A stretch of 38,932 nucleotides of DNA from Chiloscyllium plagiosum (GCF_004010195.1 NW_025214875.1:1-38932), one strand, 5' to 3'; shown: positions 12,516-22,800, counted from the stretch's first letter. The notes: generated by a model from the sequence alone, not told the origin. Numbers and translations are program-made.

Positions 12516-12534
12516 TTCACTTTTTCTCTTGCAG
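12516..12534 (+). promoter_or_regulatory. Splice acceptor of the perforin 5'-UTR intron
   Basis: ttcactttttctcttgcag ends 30 nt before the ATG at 12565, matching the non-coding exon 1 organisation of PRF1 genes. Confidence 0.7.
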
Positions 12535-12883
12535 ATTCGCAGTTGGACCCACCAGCGGAGCAAAATGCCATTTGGGTATGCAAAACAGGGCACTCTTCTC
12601 TTTCTCTGCCTGCTCTTCCGGGGTGGCCTCAGCGCCTGCACCACGAGCACCATCAATGAGTGCCACAATGCTAACTTTGTGCCGGGGGCGCGGCTGGCGG
12701 GGCAGGGCTACGATGTGGTGACGCTGCAGCCCAAGGGGGCCTTTGTCATCGATGTGAACACCTGGCGCACGGCCAACGGGAGCAGCACTCTCTGTGAAAA
12801 TGAGCTGATGAATGGCGTGCGCCAACGGATGCCCGTCTCACTGATGGACTGGCGCACCCTGAGCTCATGCCGGCGCTCAGTCT

Positions 12884-13584
12884 TGTTTTAAAAAATTCTC
12901 AAGGTCAGGTTCGTAGGAGAGTAGTCTGACACAGAACAAACAACCAAGAGGCGAGTCTGCTAGAATATGAGCATTTTATTCCCCGCAGCGTCGCCAAAAC
13001 CGGGTCTCATCTTACAACGGGTCTGGCTTATACTCACTCTACATGTTACCGGAACTGGGAGCCGTCAGTTCTCGTAGAGCGGTTGCCAACAACCCACGCT
13101 CGGCGGTTAAACGTAACCCCGGAGCAGACTCCCGGGTCTGGCTTATACTCACTCTACATGTTACCGGAACTGGGAGCCGTCAGTTCTCGTAGAGCGGTTG
13201 CCAACAACCCACGCTCGGCGGTTAAACGTAACCCCGGAGCAGACTCCCGGGTCTGGCTTATACTCACTCTACATGTTACCGGAACTGGGAGCCGTCAGTT
13301 CTCGTAGAGCGGTTGCCAACAACCCACGCTCGGCGGTTAAACGCAACCCCGGAGCAGACTCACCGAACTGGAGACTTTTCCAGCTGATATACTCTTTTCC
13401 AGATATAAACATTCATGTGAACAGCAGAGCAAGGCTAAAAAACACATTCCATTCTGGTTACATACAGATAAGAAGATTCACACGGGACTAAGCAACACCT
13501 CCATTCCGGTTAGATTCACACATGTATTGGGACATAATTTTTAACCGTTTCACCACATTCCACTGCTTGGAATTTTACACCACA
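12884..13584 (-). mobile_element. Solo LTR (701 bp) inserted antisense in perforin
   Basis: Begins TGT and ends ACA; TSD AGTCT at 12879-12883 and 13585-13589; imperfect terminal inverted repeats (tgttttaaaaaattc vs tgtggtgtaaaattc). Excision restores the frame RRSVSSRLYRSPAKLAES. A - strand AATAAA at 12975-12980 is followed by a GT-rich element. Confidence 0.9.
13018..13361. repeat. Three tandem 115-bp units inside the LTR
   Basis: Units start at 13018, 13133 and 13248; identical except one substitution (acgta to acgca) and a divergent end in unit 3. Confidence 0.97.
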
Positions 13585-14785
13585 AGTCTCCAGTCGGCTT
13601 TACCGATCGCCGGCCAAGCTGGCAGAGTCCGCCAGCTCCTCCATCACCAACGACTGGTGGGAGGACCTGTCCGTGCAAACACCCAAAGCTGGTGTCAAGG
13701 TGGTGCTGGCTGGATCCCATTCCAAGATGGTGGAGTTTGGCACCACCCACTCCCAGAGCGATCGCTACAGTTTCACCAGTCAACAGTTCCAATGCTTCTA
13801 CTACCAGAATCGGGTGAAGGGCAAGCCCCTCTTGGCTCCTGATTTTCAACGCTCCCTCTCTAGTCTACCAGCCAGCAACGTTGGCAATGACACATACCTC
13901 TACCAGAAGCTGGTGGCCACCTACGGTACCCACTACCTCACAGCGGTGCAGCTGGGCGGACGTTACAAGGACGTGACGGCTTTTCGGACGTGCAAGGCAG
14001 TTTATGAGGGCTACACTGCCGAGGAGGTTAAGGACTGCCTTACGGTGGAGGCTGGTGTCACGGTCGGCCTCACCACCAAATTCTCGGAGGGCTACAAGCG
14101 ATGCCAGGAGAAGGCGTGCTCCATGAAGCACAGCAACTTCCACCAGGCCTTCAGCGACCGGGAGACGGGGGGCCGGGCCGGGACCTCTGGGGGGGACGTC
14201 TTCTCGGGCACCGACGGCTACGTGGTGGGCATGCACGGCCAGGCACAGGCCAGGACCTCCGTGATCTCTTAGGCAACAACAACCCCAAGTGGAACGCCAA
14301 GCTGGACCTTGGCCAGGTCAAGACCGATAGCGGGAACAATCTGAGCATCGGGGTCTGGGATGAGGATGTCATAACAAGCAATGACCTCCTGGGCTAGTGC
14401 CAGGTCAGACTGATCTCCGCCACCCATGGCAAGGTCTGCTACCTCAGCTATGGCAAGGTGACCTACGACTACACCTTCACCTGCGGCCCCCACCTGGGTG
14501 GCACCACCTGCCAACATTACATGGCCAGCCCTGGCAGTGTTCCCTTCACCACTGCCGTGCATGCAACCGTCCACATCCTCCTTCTCAACCCACACTTTCC
14601 CAACACCCGCTCCAAATCGCCATTCCCCATTATCTAATTCCCCTGACCTTTAACTCTGACAGTGTCTTTCCCAGACTGTATCCTTGCTATCCCCATTGTC
14701 GCATTGTAAGCCCTGGACAACATGGGAAGCTCTATGCCATTACACCAAAACGCTTTGAAGGCTTTGTCTAATCTTTCACTTTCTC

Positions 14786-14791
14786 AATAAA
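14786..14791 (+). terminator. Candidate perforin polyadenylation signal
   Basis: AATAAA about 150 nt after the end of the C-terminal frame. Confidence 0.45.
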
Positions 14792-15031
14792 TCTAACTGT
14801 GCATTTAGCTTGTTCCATGTGACCTGTCTGCACGGGCACACTCGGTCAGCGAGCTTGTGGAGTGCTGTGGGGCTGTACATGACGGGCATGGTGTGTAAAG
14901 GAAAAAAAAAAAGTGTTCTGGCGCATTTACACTCAAAAGTATAGGCAACTTTAAGAAATTGGTGACAACGGGGGAATCTGAGCATAGGACAAATTATGTT
15001 GTGATACATTGGTGCAACAACTGGTCAGAGA

Positions 15032-16212
15032 TCAGCTTAACTTCCCCAGGACAATCGTAAGCTGCTATCTGAAACTCGCCTGAGTCACGGCATAAATCCC
15101 AGTGGTAGTGCAGCAACTCAATAGCTGCAGTATGAAGTTTAATTCCATCAGAAAAAAAATGTGTAGATATCGTGTTTGGCAAACCAACCAGTACATGCTG
15201 AATCATATAGGATAGAACATTAGTAAAGGCCGCAACTGCATGAAATTGTCGAGATAGCCATCAGTAAGAAAATGGATTTCCTTCGATTCTTCAACTCTGG
15301 GTCTCTAGGATTCTCCCAAATGCTGGGGGCCTGGAGTCTCCTGTGGGCTCTGCTGATCACGAGGATGTGTCTGATAATAAAAGCATTGCACAACCGGATC
15401 AGGAGAAATGGGAAGCCTGGGGTGGGAATCGTGTAGACGAACGTGGCTGCTACCCAGAATGGTGAAATGTCAGCATACAATTTAGATTAGATTATCTACA
15501 GTATGGAAACAGGCCCTTCGGCCCAACAAGTCCACACTGACCCTCCGAAGAGCAACCCATGCAGACCTATTCCCCTAACTAATGTTCCTAACAATATGGG
15601 CAATTTAGCATGGCCAATTCACCTGACCTACACATCTGCACTGTGGGAGGATACCGGAGCACCCGGAAGAAACCCACGCAGACATGGGGGGAATGTGCAA
15701 ACTCCACACAGACAGTCACCCAATGTGGGATTTGAACCTGGGTCCCTAGTGCTGTGAGACAGCAGTGCTAACGACTGAGCCACCGTACCGCCCAGACAAA
15801 ACCGTGGTTGGTTCACCATCGCATGCCACTCTGTCAAGACAAAACACCAGAAAATGTTCTTTGAACCGCTCAGCACAGTTACTGTCCACAGAACCACAGC
15901 CGCTGTTCCCTCATTGCAATATATACTTTTCAGCTTCAGGCAACAGAAGGCGACAAATTGTTCCAAGGTGAAAGCGATGGTGAACCACACTGATCAGTCA
16001 GTTGCTGCATAGAGTATGACAGTGTGGATGTTACACAGAGGAATGGACTCCAGGAAATGAAAGTGATCTTTAAAAGTAATTGGAATGTGCCTCAATATCA
16101 GATCGAGAAGAGTAACCAGTATGTCAGTTATTGCCATGGCAACCAGGTAACGGGTGATGCATTTTGAGAGACCGTAATTTCCGTTACACAATATACCGTC
16201 ATCAGTAGATTA
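15032..16212 (-). pseudogene. GPR139-like: GPR139-like GPCR pseudogene A, exon 2
   Basis: Fragments GNYGLSKCITRYLVAMAITD, PLCNIH, WFTIAFTLEQFVAFCC, RDPELKNRRKSI and QLLSCCTTTGIYAVTQ occur in shifting frames, with stops and a SINE insertion; acceptor ttttccttccacacag at 16213 onward. Confidence 0.92.
15485..15793 (-). mobile_element. Full-length HE1-type tRNA-derived SINE inserted in the GPCR exon
   Basis: On the - strand it begins ggcggtacggtggctcagtcgttagc (A box) ...ggttcaaatcc (B box) and ends in (TCTAA)n. Confidence 0.9.
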
Positions 16213-16714
16213 CTGTGTGGAAGGAAAACATACAGGGACATCAGAGATCCCGTCGGACACAAAATAATGGTTTAACTCAGCACCAATTGACAGTTTAAAA
16301 TGTCCCTTCTTGCATTGGTTATTATATTCAAATGATCACAGCCAGTTCTGATCATGCACTTGGAGATGTCAATGGACCTGGCAAACATCTATAGAGCATC
16401 AGAAAGCTGTAGAAATGGGTTAGTTGCATAGAACAATCAGCTCAGATTGCTTGGGTATAATTCAAACTGATTGGTCTAATTCGAGTTGGCTTTTATCTCT
16501 AGGCAACTGGCTACTGTAGTGGCTGAACCAAATGGTTATATTGTATCTTGTCCAGAACGCTTGGTGCTGTCAGGTAGTACTGCCAGCTTTTAACTTTACT
16601 CAAGGTACAGTATACTTCTAGACCTTTATAACAATCCTCAGAGATAACACTTTGAGGGAAGCTTCCAATAACACAATCAGGGTGGCTGTTGACCTAAGGT
16701 TATGGATCATCACA

Positions 16715-17955
16715 TAGAGTTAACGAGACATAGAGATCCACAGCACAGAAACAGACCCTACAGTCCAACACGTCTATGCCGACCAGACATCCTAACCCAA
16801 TCCAGTCCTAATTGCCACCCTTTGGCCTATCTGCCTCTGAATCCATCCTATTCATGTCCCCACCCAGAATGCTGTATTGTGCCTAGCAGGTCATTCCATA
16901 CACGCACAGACCTCAGAGTGAAAAAAAAGTTGTATCTCATATCCATTTTAAAATTGCCCCCCTTACTCTCATCGGATGCACTCTAGTTCTGGACTCCCAG
17001 ACCCAAGGGGAAAGACCTTGTCTATTTACCCTATTCATGCCCATCATGAATGTATTAACCTGTATAGTGTCACCTTTCAGTCTCTGACGCACTAGGGAAA
17101 ACAGCTCCCGCCTATTTAGCCTCTGCTATAGCTCACTCTAAACCTAGCAACAACATTGTCAATCTTTATTGAATCTTTTCAAGTTCACAACACCCTTCCT
17201 GTCTCAGGGAGACCAGAATTCCACGCAAAATTCCAAAAGTGGCCTCACCAATGACCTGTACAGGCACAACATTACCTGCCAACTCCTATACGCAATACAA
17301 TATCCAATAAAGGAAAGCATAGCATTCACCTTTTTCACTATCCTGTGTACCTGCGATGGGGTACTGGGCTAATGGTCGGATACTTGGGAGTGTGGATGAG
17401 CAGAGGGATCTTGGTGTCCATGTACACAGATCTCTGAAAGTTGCCACCCAGGTAAATAGTGCGGTGAAGAAGGCATATGGCGTACTGGCTTGTATTGGTA
17501 GAGGAATTGAGTTCCGGGGGCATAGCTTTAAATTAAGGGGTGGTAGGTATAGGGCAGATGTTAGGGGTAGATTCTTTACTCAGCGAGTCGTGAGTTCATG
17601 GAATGCCCTGCCAGTAGCAGTGGTGGACTCTCCCTCTTTATAGGCATTTAAACGGGCATTGGATAGGCATATGGAGGATAGTGGGCTAGTGGGTTAGGTG
17701 GGCTTGGATCGGCGCAACACCGAGGGCCGAAGGGCCTGTACTGCGCTGTATTCTTCTATGTTCTATGTTCTATGACTCCAATTTTCAGGAACTATGAACC
17801 TGCAGTTCAAGGTCTCTTTGTTCAGTAATACGCTCCAGGACCTTATCATTAAGTGTTTAAGTCCTGCCCTGATGTGCCTTTCCAGAACTCAGCACCTCAG
17901 ACTAATCTAAATTAATCTCCTTCTGATACTTCTCCACCCACGACATCATCACAGA
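16715..17955 (-). mobile_element. CR1-type LINE 3' fragment hosting a nested insertion
   Basis: Similar to 30090-30905; the host sequence cctgcga|ctcca is split by the element at 17356-17775. Confidence 0.8.
17356..17775 (+). mobile_element. Nested CR1 3' fragment with an internal deletion
   Basis: Encodes NGRILGSVDEQRDLGVHVH...RGIEF joined to RGHSFKLRGG...FFTQRVV; ends in a (ctatgtt)n tail. Confidence 0.9.
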
Positions 17956-18167
17956 GCGATTGAAATCCTCTCTCCCACTCCAACCCACCTCGTACCTCAA
18001 TACAGTCGAAAACATCGCTGGTCTATTGTGGTAGTGAGTTACTGAGCGAAGGGGTAGAGGAAATTGTCTGAGGGTACCAGGCAATCTGGTCTCTGAGTGT
18101 GGTCGGCTATTTGCAAGCAACGTTTAAGAGGGTGGGCTGAGGGGAGAGCATGTTCTGGTAATATTAT

Positions 18168-18483
18168 CACAGAATCCCAACGATGTGGAAACAGGTCATT
18201 TGGCCCAACAAATCCACACTGACCGTCCGAAGGGTATCTAGAGGTATCCACCTACATTTACCCCTGACGAATGTTTCAAACATGACAGGCAATTTAGCAT
18301 GGCCAATTCACCTAAGCTGCACAACTTTGGATTGTGGGAAGAAACTGGGACACTCTGAGCAAACCCAGACAGTCACAGGCCGAACATGCAACCTCCACAC
18401 AGACAGTCGCCCTGAGGCTGGAATTGTACCCGGATCCCTGGCGCTGTGATGCAGCCGTGCTAACCACTGAGCCACCGTGCCTC
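18168..18483 (-). mobile_element. HE1-type SINE
   Basis: Head ggcacggtggctcagtggttagc on the - strand; body matches the other copies. Confidence 0.9.
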
Positions 18484-18667
18484 CCACAATCGTCGGTACA
18501 TTGTTCATTCAGAAAGAGAGGCAGTGGTCCCAGAACCCGTGTTCGTGCCTCTCGATGGCAGATTATGGAGTTTTAATTCAAAACAACAAATGATGCCGAG
18601 GAAATTGCTGCCAATTGTCACAAATCAAGCTTGTCTGGTTGGTCGAAGCCTGGGTGAAAGTGAGGGC

Positions 18668-18810
18668 TGTAGATGCTGGAGATCAGAGTCGAGAATGTGG
18701 TGCTGGAAAAGTGCAACAGGTCAGGCAGCATCTGAGGAGCAGGAGAATCGAAGTTGCGGACAGCAGTCCTTCATCAGGAATATAATGATTTACCGATGAA
18801 GGGCTTTTTG
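18668..18810 (-). mobile_element. Penelope-like terminal-repeat relic with a hammerhead-like core
   Basis: Same family as 11085-11266; the - strand reads cctgatgaaggactgctgtccgcaacttcg. Confidence 0.7.
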
Positions 18811-18859
18811 GGGGCACTGCCTGCTTGTGACTTTTAGAAATAACTCAGACACAGGCATA

Positions 18860-20200
18860 GGTGAATGGATTAGTAAGTTTGCAGATGACACTAAAGTCAG
18901 TGGACAGTGTGGAAGAATATGGAAGGTTGCAGGGAGACTTGGATAAACTGTAGAATTGGGTTGAGAGGTGACAAATGGAGTTCAATGCAGATAAATGTGA
19001 GGTGATTCACTTTGGGAAGAATAATAGGAAGACAGAATACAGGATCAATGGAAAGATTCTTGGTAGTGTGGATGTGGACAGGTATATTGGAGTCCATGTA
19101 CGTAGATCCCTGAAAGTTGCCACCCAGGTTGATAGTGCTATTAAGAAGGCATACGGTGTGTTAGGTTTCATTGTCAGAGGGATTGAGTTCTGGAGACGTA
19201 ATGACATGTAGCAACTATACAAAATACTGCTGCAGCTGCACTTGGAATATTGTGTGCAATTCTGGTCGCCGCATTACAGGAAGGATGTGGAAGCATTGGA
19301 AAAGGCGCAAAGGAGATTTACCAGGATGTTGCCTGGTCTGGAGGGAAGGTCTCATGAGGAAAGGCTGAGAGAATTGGGTCTGTTCTCATTGGAGAGAAGA
19401 TGGCTAAGAGGGGATTTGATAGAGGCATACAAGATGATCAGAGGATTAGATAGAGTGGACAGTGAAAGTCTTCTTGCTAGCATGATGACATTAGCCTGTA
19501 CAAGGGGGCATCGCTACAAATTAAGGAGTGATAGATTTAAGACTGATGTCAAAGGCATGTTCTTTACTCAGAGAGTGGTAAGATTAGATTAGATTACTTA
19601 CAGTGTGGAAACAGGCCCTTCAACTCAACAAGTCCACACCGACCCGCCGAAGCGCACCCACCTCGACCCATTCCCCTACATTTACCCCTGCACCTAACAC
19701 TACAGGCAATGTAGCATGGCCAATTCACCTAACCTGCACATTTTTGGACTGTGGGAGGAAACCGGAGCACCCGGAGGAAACCCACTCAGACACGGGGAGA
19801 ATGTGTAAACTCCACACAGTCGGTCGCCTGAGGCGGGAATTGAACCCGGGTCTCTGGCGCTGTGAGGCAGCAGTGCTCACCACTGTGCCACCGTGCCGCC
19901 CCCGCGTGGGCGTGGAATGCCCTGCTTGCCAATGTAGTTAATTCAGTCATATTAGGGAGTTTTGAACAATCCCTGGATAAGCACATGGATGAGGATGGAA
20001 TGATGTAGGGGGATGGGTTTAGATTAGTTCTCAGTTTAATCTCAGTGCAATTCTGGTCGCCCCATTACAGGAAGGATGTGGAAGCATTGGAAAAGGCGCA
20101 AAGGAGATTTACCAGGATGTTGCCTGGTCTGGCGGGAAGGTCTTAACATCGAAAGCTGAAATGTATTGTTCTGCGCTGTATTGTTCGATGTTCTATGTTC
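18860..20200 (+). mobile_element. CR1 LINE 3' portion (end of RT through 3' UTR), with SINE insertion and partial internal duplication
   Basis: Encodes KFADDTK, MEFNADKCEVIHFG, EYCVQFWSPHYRKD and FFTQRVV; about 20045-20142 repeats about 19254-19351. Confidence 0.92.
19582..19900 (-). mobile_element. Full-length HE1-type SINE inside a CR1 LINE
   Basis: Head ggcggcacggtggcacagtgg...ggttcaattcc; tail (TCTAA)3; splits the FFTQRVV-AWNALP coding. Confidence 0.92.
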
Positions 20201-20841
20201 TAAGACAGGTATGGAACCACCCAGCGAAGATCCCCAACCAGTGACAATTCGAGTTGTCCAGCTCCCTTCTCGTTTGTGAGCAAAGTTGGTTGAGGCCTAT
20301 TGGCAGGATCTGAATCAACCTGTCTATGGTTCCAAATTTGGAACCGGAGGGAATTATTTCAGAATACGGGGTCGCCCATTGCAGACAGAGATGAGTTAGA
20401 ATTTCTTCTCTCCGAGAGTAATGAATCTTGACCACAAAGTGCTGCAGTGGCTGGGTCATTCAGTATATTCAAGGCTGAGAGAGAGAGAGAGAGAGAGAGA
20501 GCATTTTCTTTCTAATCTGGCTGGTTAATGAGAGATTGTGGAGGAAAGTGTTGTTGAGAACGATTGGATTACACATGAAGAGGCAGAAGACTTTCAATGG
20601 GCCGAGTGGCTTCCACCTGCTGCTCCGTCGAACTGATTTATGATTGAACACGCTGCCGGGGATTGGCAGGTAGAGCTCGGGTTTGTGAAGATCCTACTTA
20701 CCTATGAAAAAGACAATCTTGCTGGGCTCCCTTATGTTCGGTCTCTCTCTCTCAGGTTACACAGCAGATATGTCAGTTGAGCAGAGCTCTGTGCAGTCAG
20801 ACATAGGGAAAGTTCTGTAACACACCAGCACAGTTACTCAC

Positions 20842-20931
20842 CGGGTACAGCAACAGCAGCGAGGAGCGGGTAGGAGATCTGCTTGATCCTGAGGACAGCA
20901 CAATACACCTCCAATTCAACACTTGTCCCAT
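20842..20931 (-). pseudogene. GPR139-like: GPR139-like pseudogene A, coding exon 1 (frameshifted)
   Basis: Encodes VYCAVLRIKQISYPLLAAVAVP followed by G|GTGAGT; the ATG at 20931 is out of frame (90 nt vs 97 nt in the paralogs). Confidence 0.85.
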
Positions 20932-21274
20932 TTTCACGCTGCGTCGTAAGATTTCACTTTCTCCTCTCCGGCCTTTCTCTCTGTCTTTCTGTCTGTCGGT
21001 CTGACTTTCTCCTCGCCTCTCTTTCTGTACCTTCATCTCTCTCACTCTGTCTCTCTCTCTCTCTCTGTCTCACGCTCTCTGTCTATCTCCCTCTTCATGC
21101 GTCTCTCTCTGTTACAGTACATGATGTTGGGACTGACAGACTGTGCCAGGTTAAGCTGGTATCTGAACACTTTAGGACATGTTTTACATTTCTCCATGGA
21201 TATGTTGGTGAGTTGCCACTGTCACTTACAAATGGCACACATCAGCATTTCGTAGCAGCTTCCTGTGCGGCTTA

Positions 21275-21915
21275 GGAGGGGCATGAACAGGATAAATTGA
21301 CAAGGTGTTTCCCCCCTGGGGTGGGGGAGACTGAGGGGGTGACCTTATAGAGGTTTATAACATCACGAGAGGGACATGGATAGGGTAAATAGACAAGGTC
21401 TTTCCCCCCTGGGGTGGGGGAGACTGAGGGGGTGACCTTATAGAGGTTTATAACATCACGAGAGGGACGTGGATAGGGTAAATAGACAAGGTCTTTCCCC
21501 CCTGGGGTGGGGGAGACTGAGAGGGTGACCTTATAGAGCTTTATAACATCACGAGAGGGACATGGTTAGGGTAAATAGACAAGGTATTTTCCCCCTGGCG
21601 TCGTGGAATCCAGAACTGGAGGGCATAGCTTTAGGGTGAGAGGGGAAAGAAATAAAAGTGACCTAAGGGGCAACTTTTTCACAAAGAGGATAGTACGTGT
21701 ATGGAATGAGCTGCCAGAGGATGTGGTGGAAACTGGTACAATTTCAGTATTTGAGAGGCATTTGGATGGGTATATGAATAGGAAAGGTTTGTAGGCATAT
21801 TTGCCAGGTGCTGGCAGGTGGGACTACATTGGGTTTGATTATCTGGTCTGCATGGACAGGTTGGACCGAAGGGTCTGTTTCCATGCTGGACATCTCTATG
21901 GCTATGACTCTATGT
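21275..21915 (+). mobile_element. CR1 3' fragment with a 93-bp internal tandem triplication
   Basis: agactgag recurs at 21328, 21421 and 21514; encodes GHSFRVRG..NFFTKRIVRVWNELP; ends in a ctatgactctatg tail. Confidence 0.9.
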
Positions 21916-21979
21916 CAATGACCTTCTAGAAATCTGAATACATCACGTCAACTGGCTCACCTTTATCTAACTCTCAAGC

Positions 21980-22370
21980 ATCTCAACACTGTCCACGCCA
22001 AAGCAGCCCCCTACATCGACATGCTCACACGTCCCTTCATCACTCACTCCAAAACCACCACCTTTGAGAAGTGTTTAGCATCTATGAGGTGCAATACAGA
22101 AATTCACCGAGGGTCTTGAGACAGCACCTTCTAAACGGATTAGATGTCTACCTTTAATAGCAAGGACAGCAGATACATGGGAACACCAGCCTCTTCGAAT
22201 TTCCTTCCAATTCACTTGCTATCATGACTTGGAAATAGCTCGGTTATGACTTCAGTGTCACTTGGTCAAAATCATGGAGCTCCCTTCCTGACGGCACTGA
22301 GTGGCTCGCCCCTCCATTCATCAGGTACTGTAGTGGTTGAAGAAATCAGATCACTACCACTGTCCTTGGA
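21980..22370 (+). mobile_element. Decayed L2/CR1-group LINE fragment
   Basis: Similar to 1840-2150 (gaaattcaccgag..acagcaccttctaaac..aggacagcagatacatgggaacacc). Confidence 0.55.
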
Positions 22371-22384
22371 GTGTTAATGCTTCT

Positions 22385-22800
22385 GGTGCTCTGCATAGTC
22401 GGAGTGTCTGCACTGAGGGGGCTTGACACTGTCGGAGGGGCAGTGCTGAGGGAGCTCTGCACTGTCAAACCAGGATTGTTGAGGACGCCTCACACTGTAG
22501 GGACTCCACACCATCAAAGAGTTAATACTGAGGGAGAGCACCGCAGTGTTGGAGGGTCTGTGCTGAGGAAGGGAGAGAGGGACAGAGAGAATGGAGGGAA
22601 GCAACAGAGAGACAGATAGAGAGGGAGCTAGATAGGACAGAGAAAGAGTGAGAGGGAGATAGAGAGAAAGAAGGGGAGAGAAAGACAGATTTCGGGAGAA
22701 ATAGAGGGAAGTATGTAGAGGGAGCAAGGTTCAGAGTGAGAGAGAGAAGTGGAGAGACAGAGACATAGGCGAAGAGACACAGTAATTGATAGAGACAGAG
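22385..22800 (+). repeat. Degenerate minisatellite (gcactgtcggaggggcagtgctgaggga) followed by GA-rich simple repeat
   Basis: Several motif copies, then a purine tract at about 22568-22800. Confidence 0.6.

Larger units (their letters stand above)
12565..14637 (+). pseudogene. PRF1: Perforin-1-like pseudogene (signal peptide, MACPF, C2), disrupted
   Basis: Signal peptide, then CTTSTINEC..FVPGARLAGQGYDV; MACPF signature YGTHYLTAVQLGG and AEEVKDCL; C2 motifs GDVFSGTDGY, NNNPKW, VWDED..NDLLG; C-terminal CGPHLGGTTC. Lesions: LTR insertion 12884-13584, deletion near 14168, frameshift near 14268, TAG at 14395-14397. Confidence 0.95.

Noticed and set aside
13018..13361. Known ribozyme (CTGACGG...GTAAC hammerhead-like; TTCTCGT HDV L3-like) or coding ORFs 13083/13198
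   Set aside because: The required stems and core bases do not fit by eye, and the ORFs are translations of the tandem unit with non-ATG starts.
12884..13584. Perforin intron
   Set aside because: The ends are TG...CA with a 5-bp target duplication, not GT...AG.
12565..14540. Horizontal transfer suggested by high GC/CpG
   Set aside because: The protein is a typical vertebrate perforin, and GC-rich codon usage alone is not evidence.
15700..15793. tRNA genes at SINE heads (also ~18400-18483 and ~19820-19900)
   Set aside because: The A/B boxes belong to tRNA-derived SINEs with a SINE body and tail.
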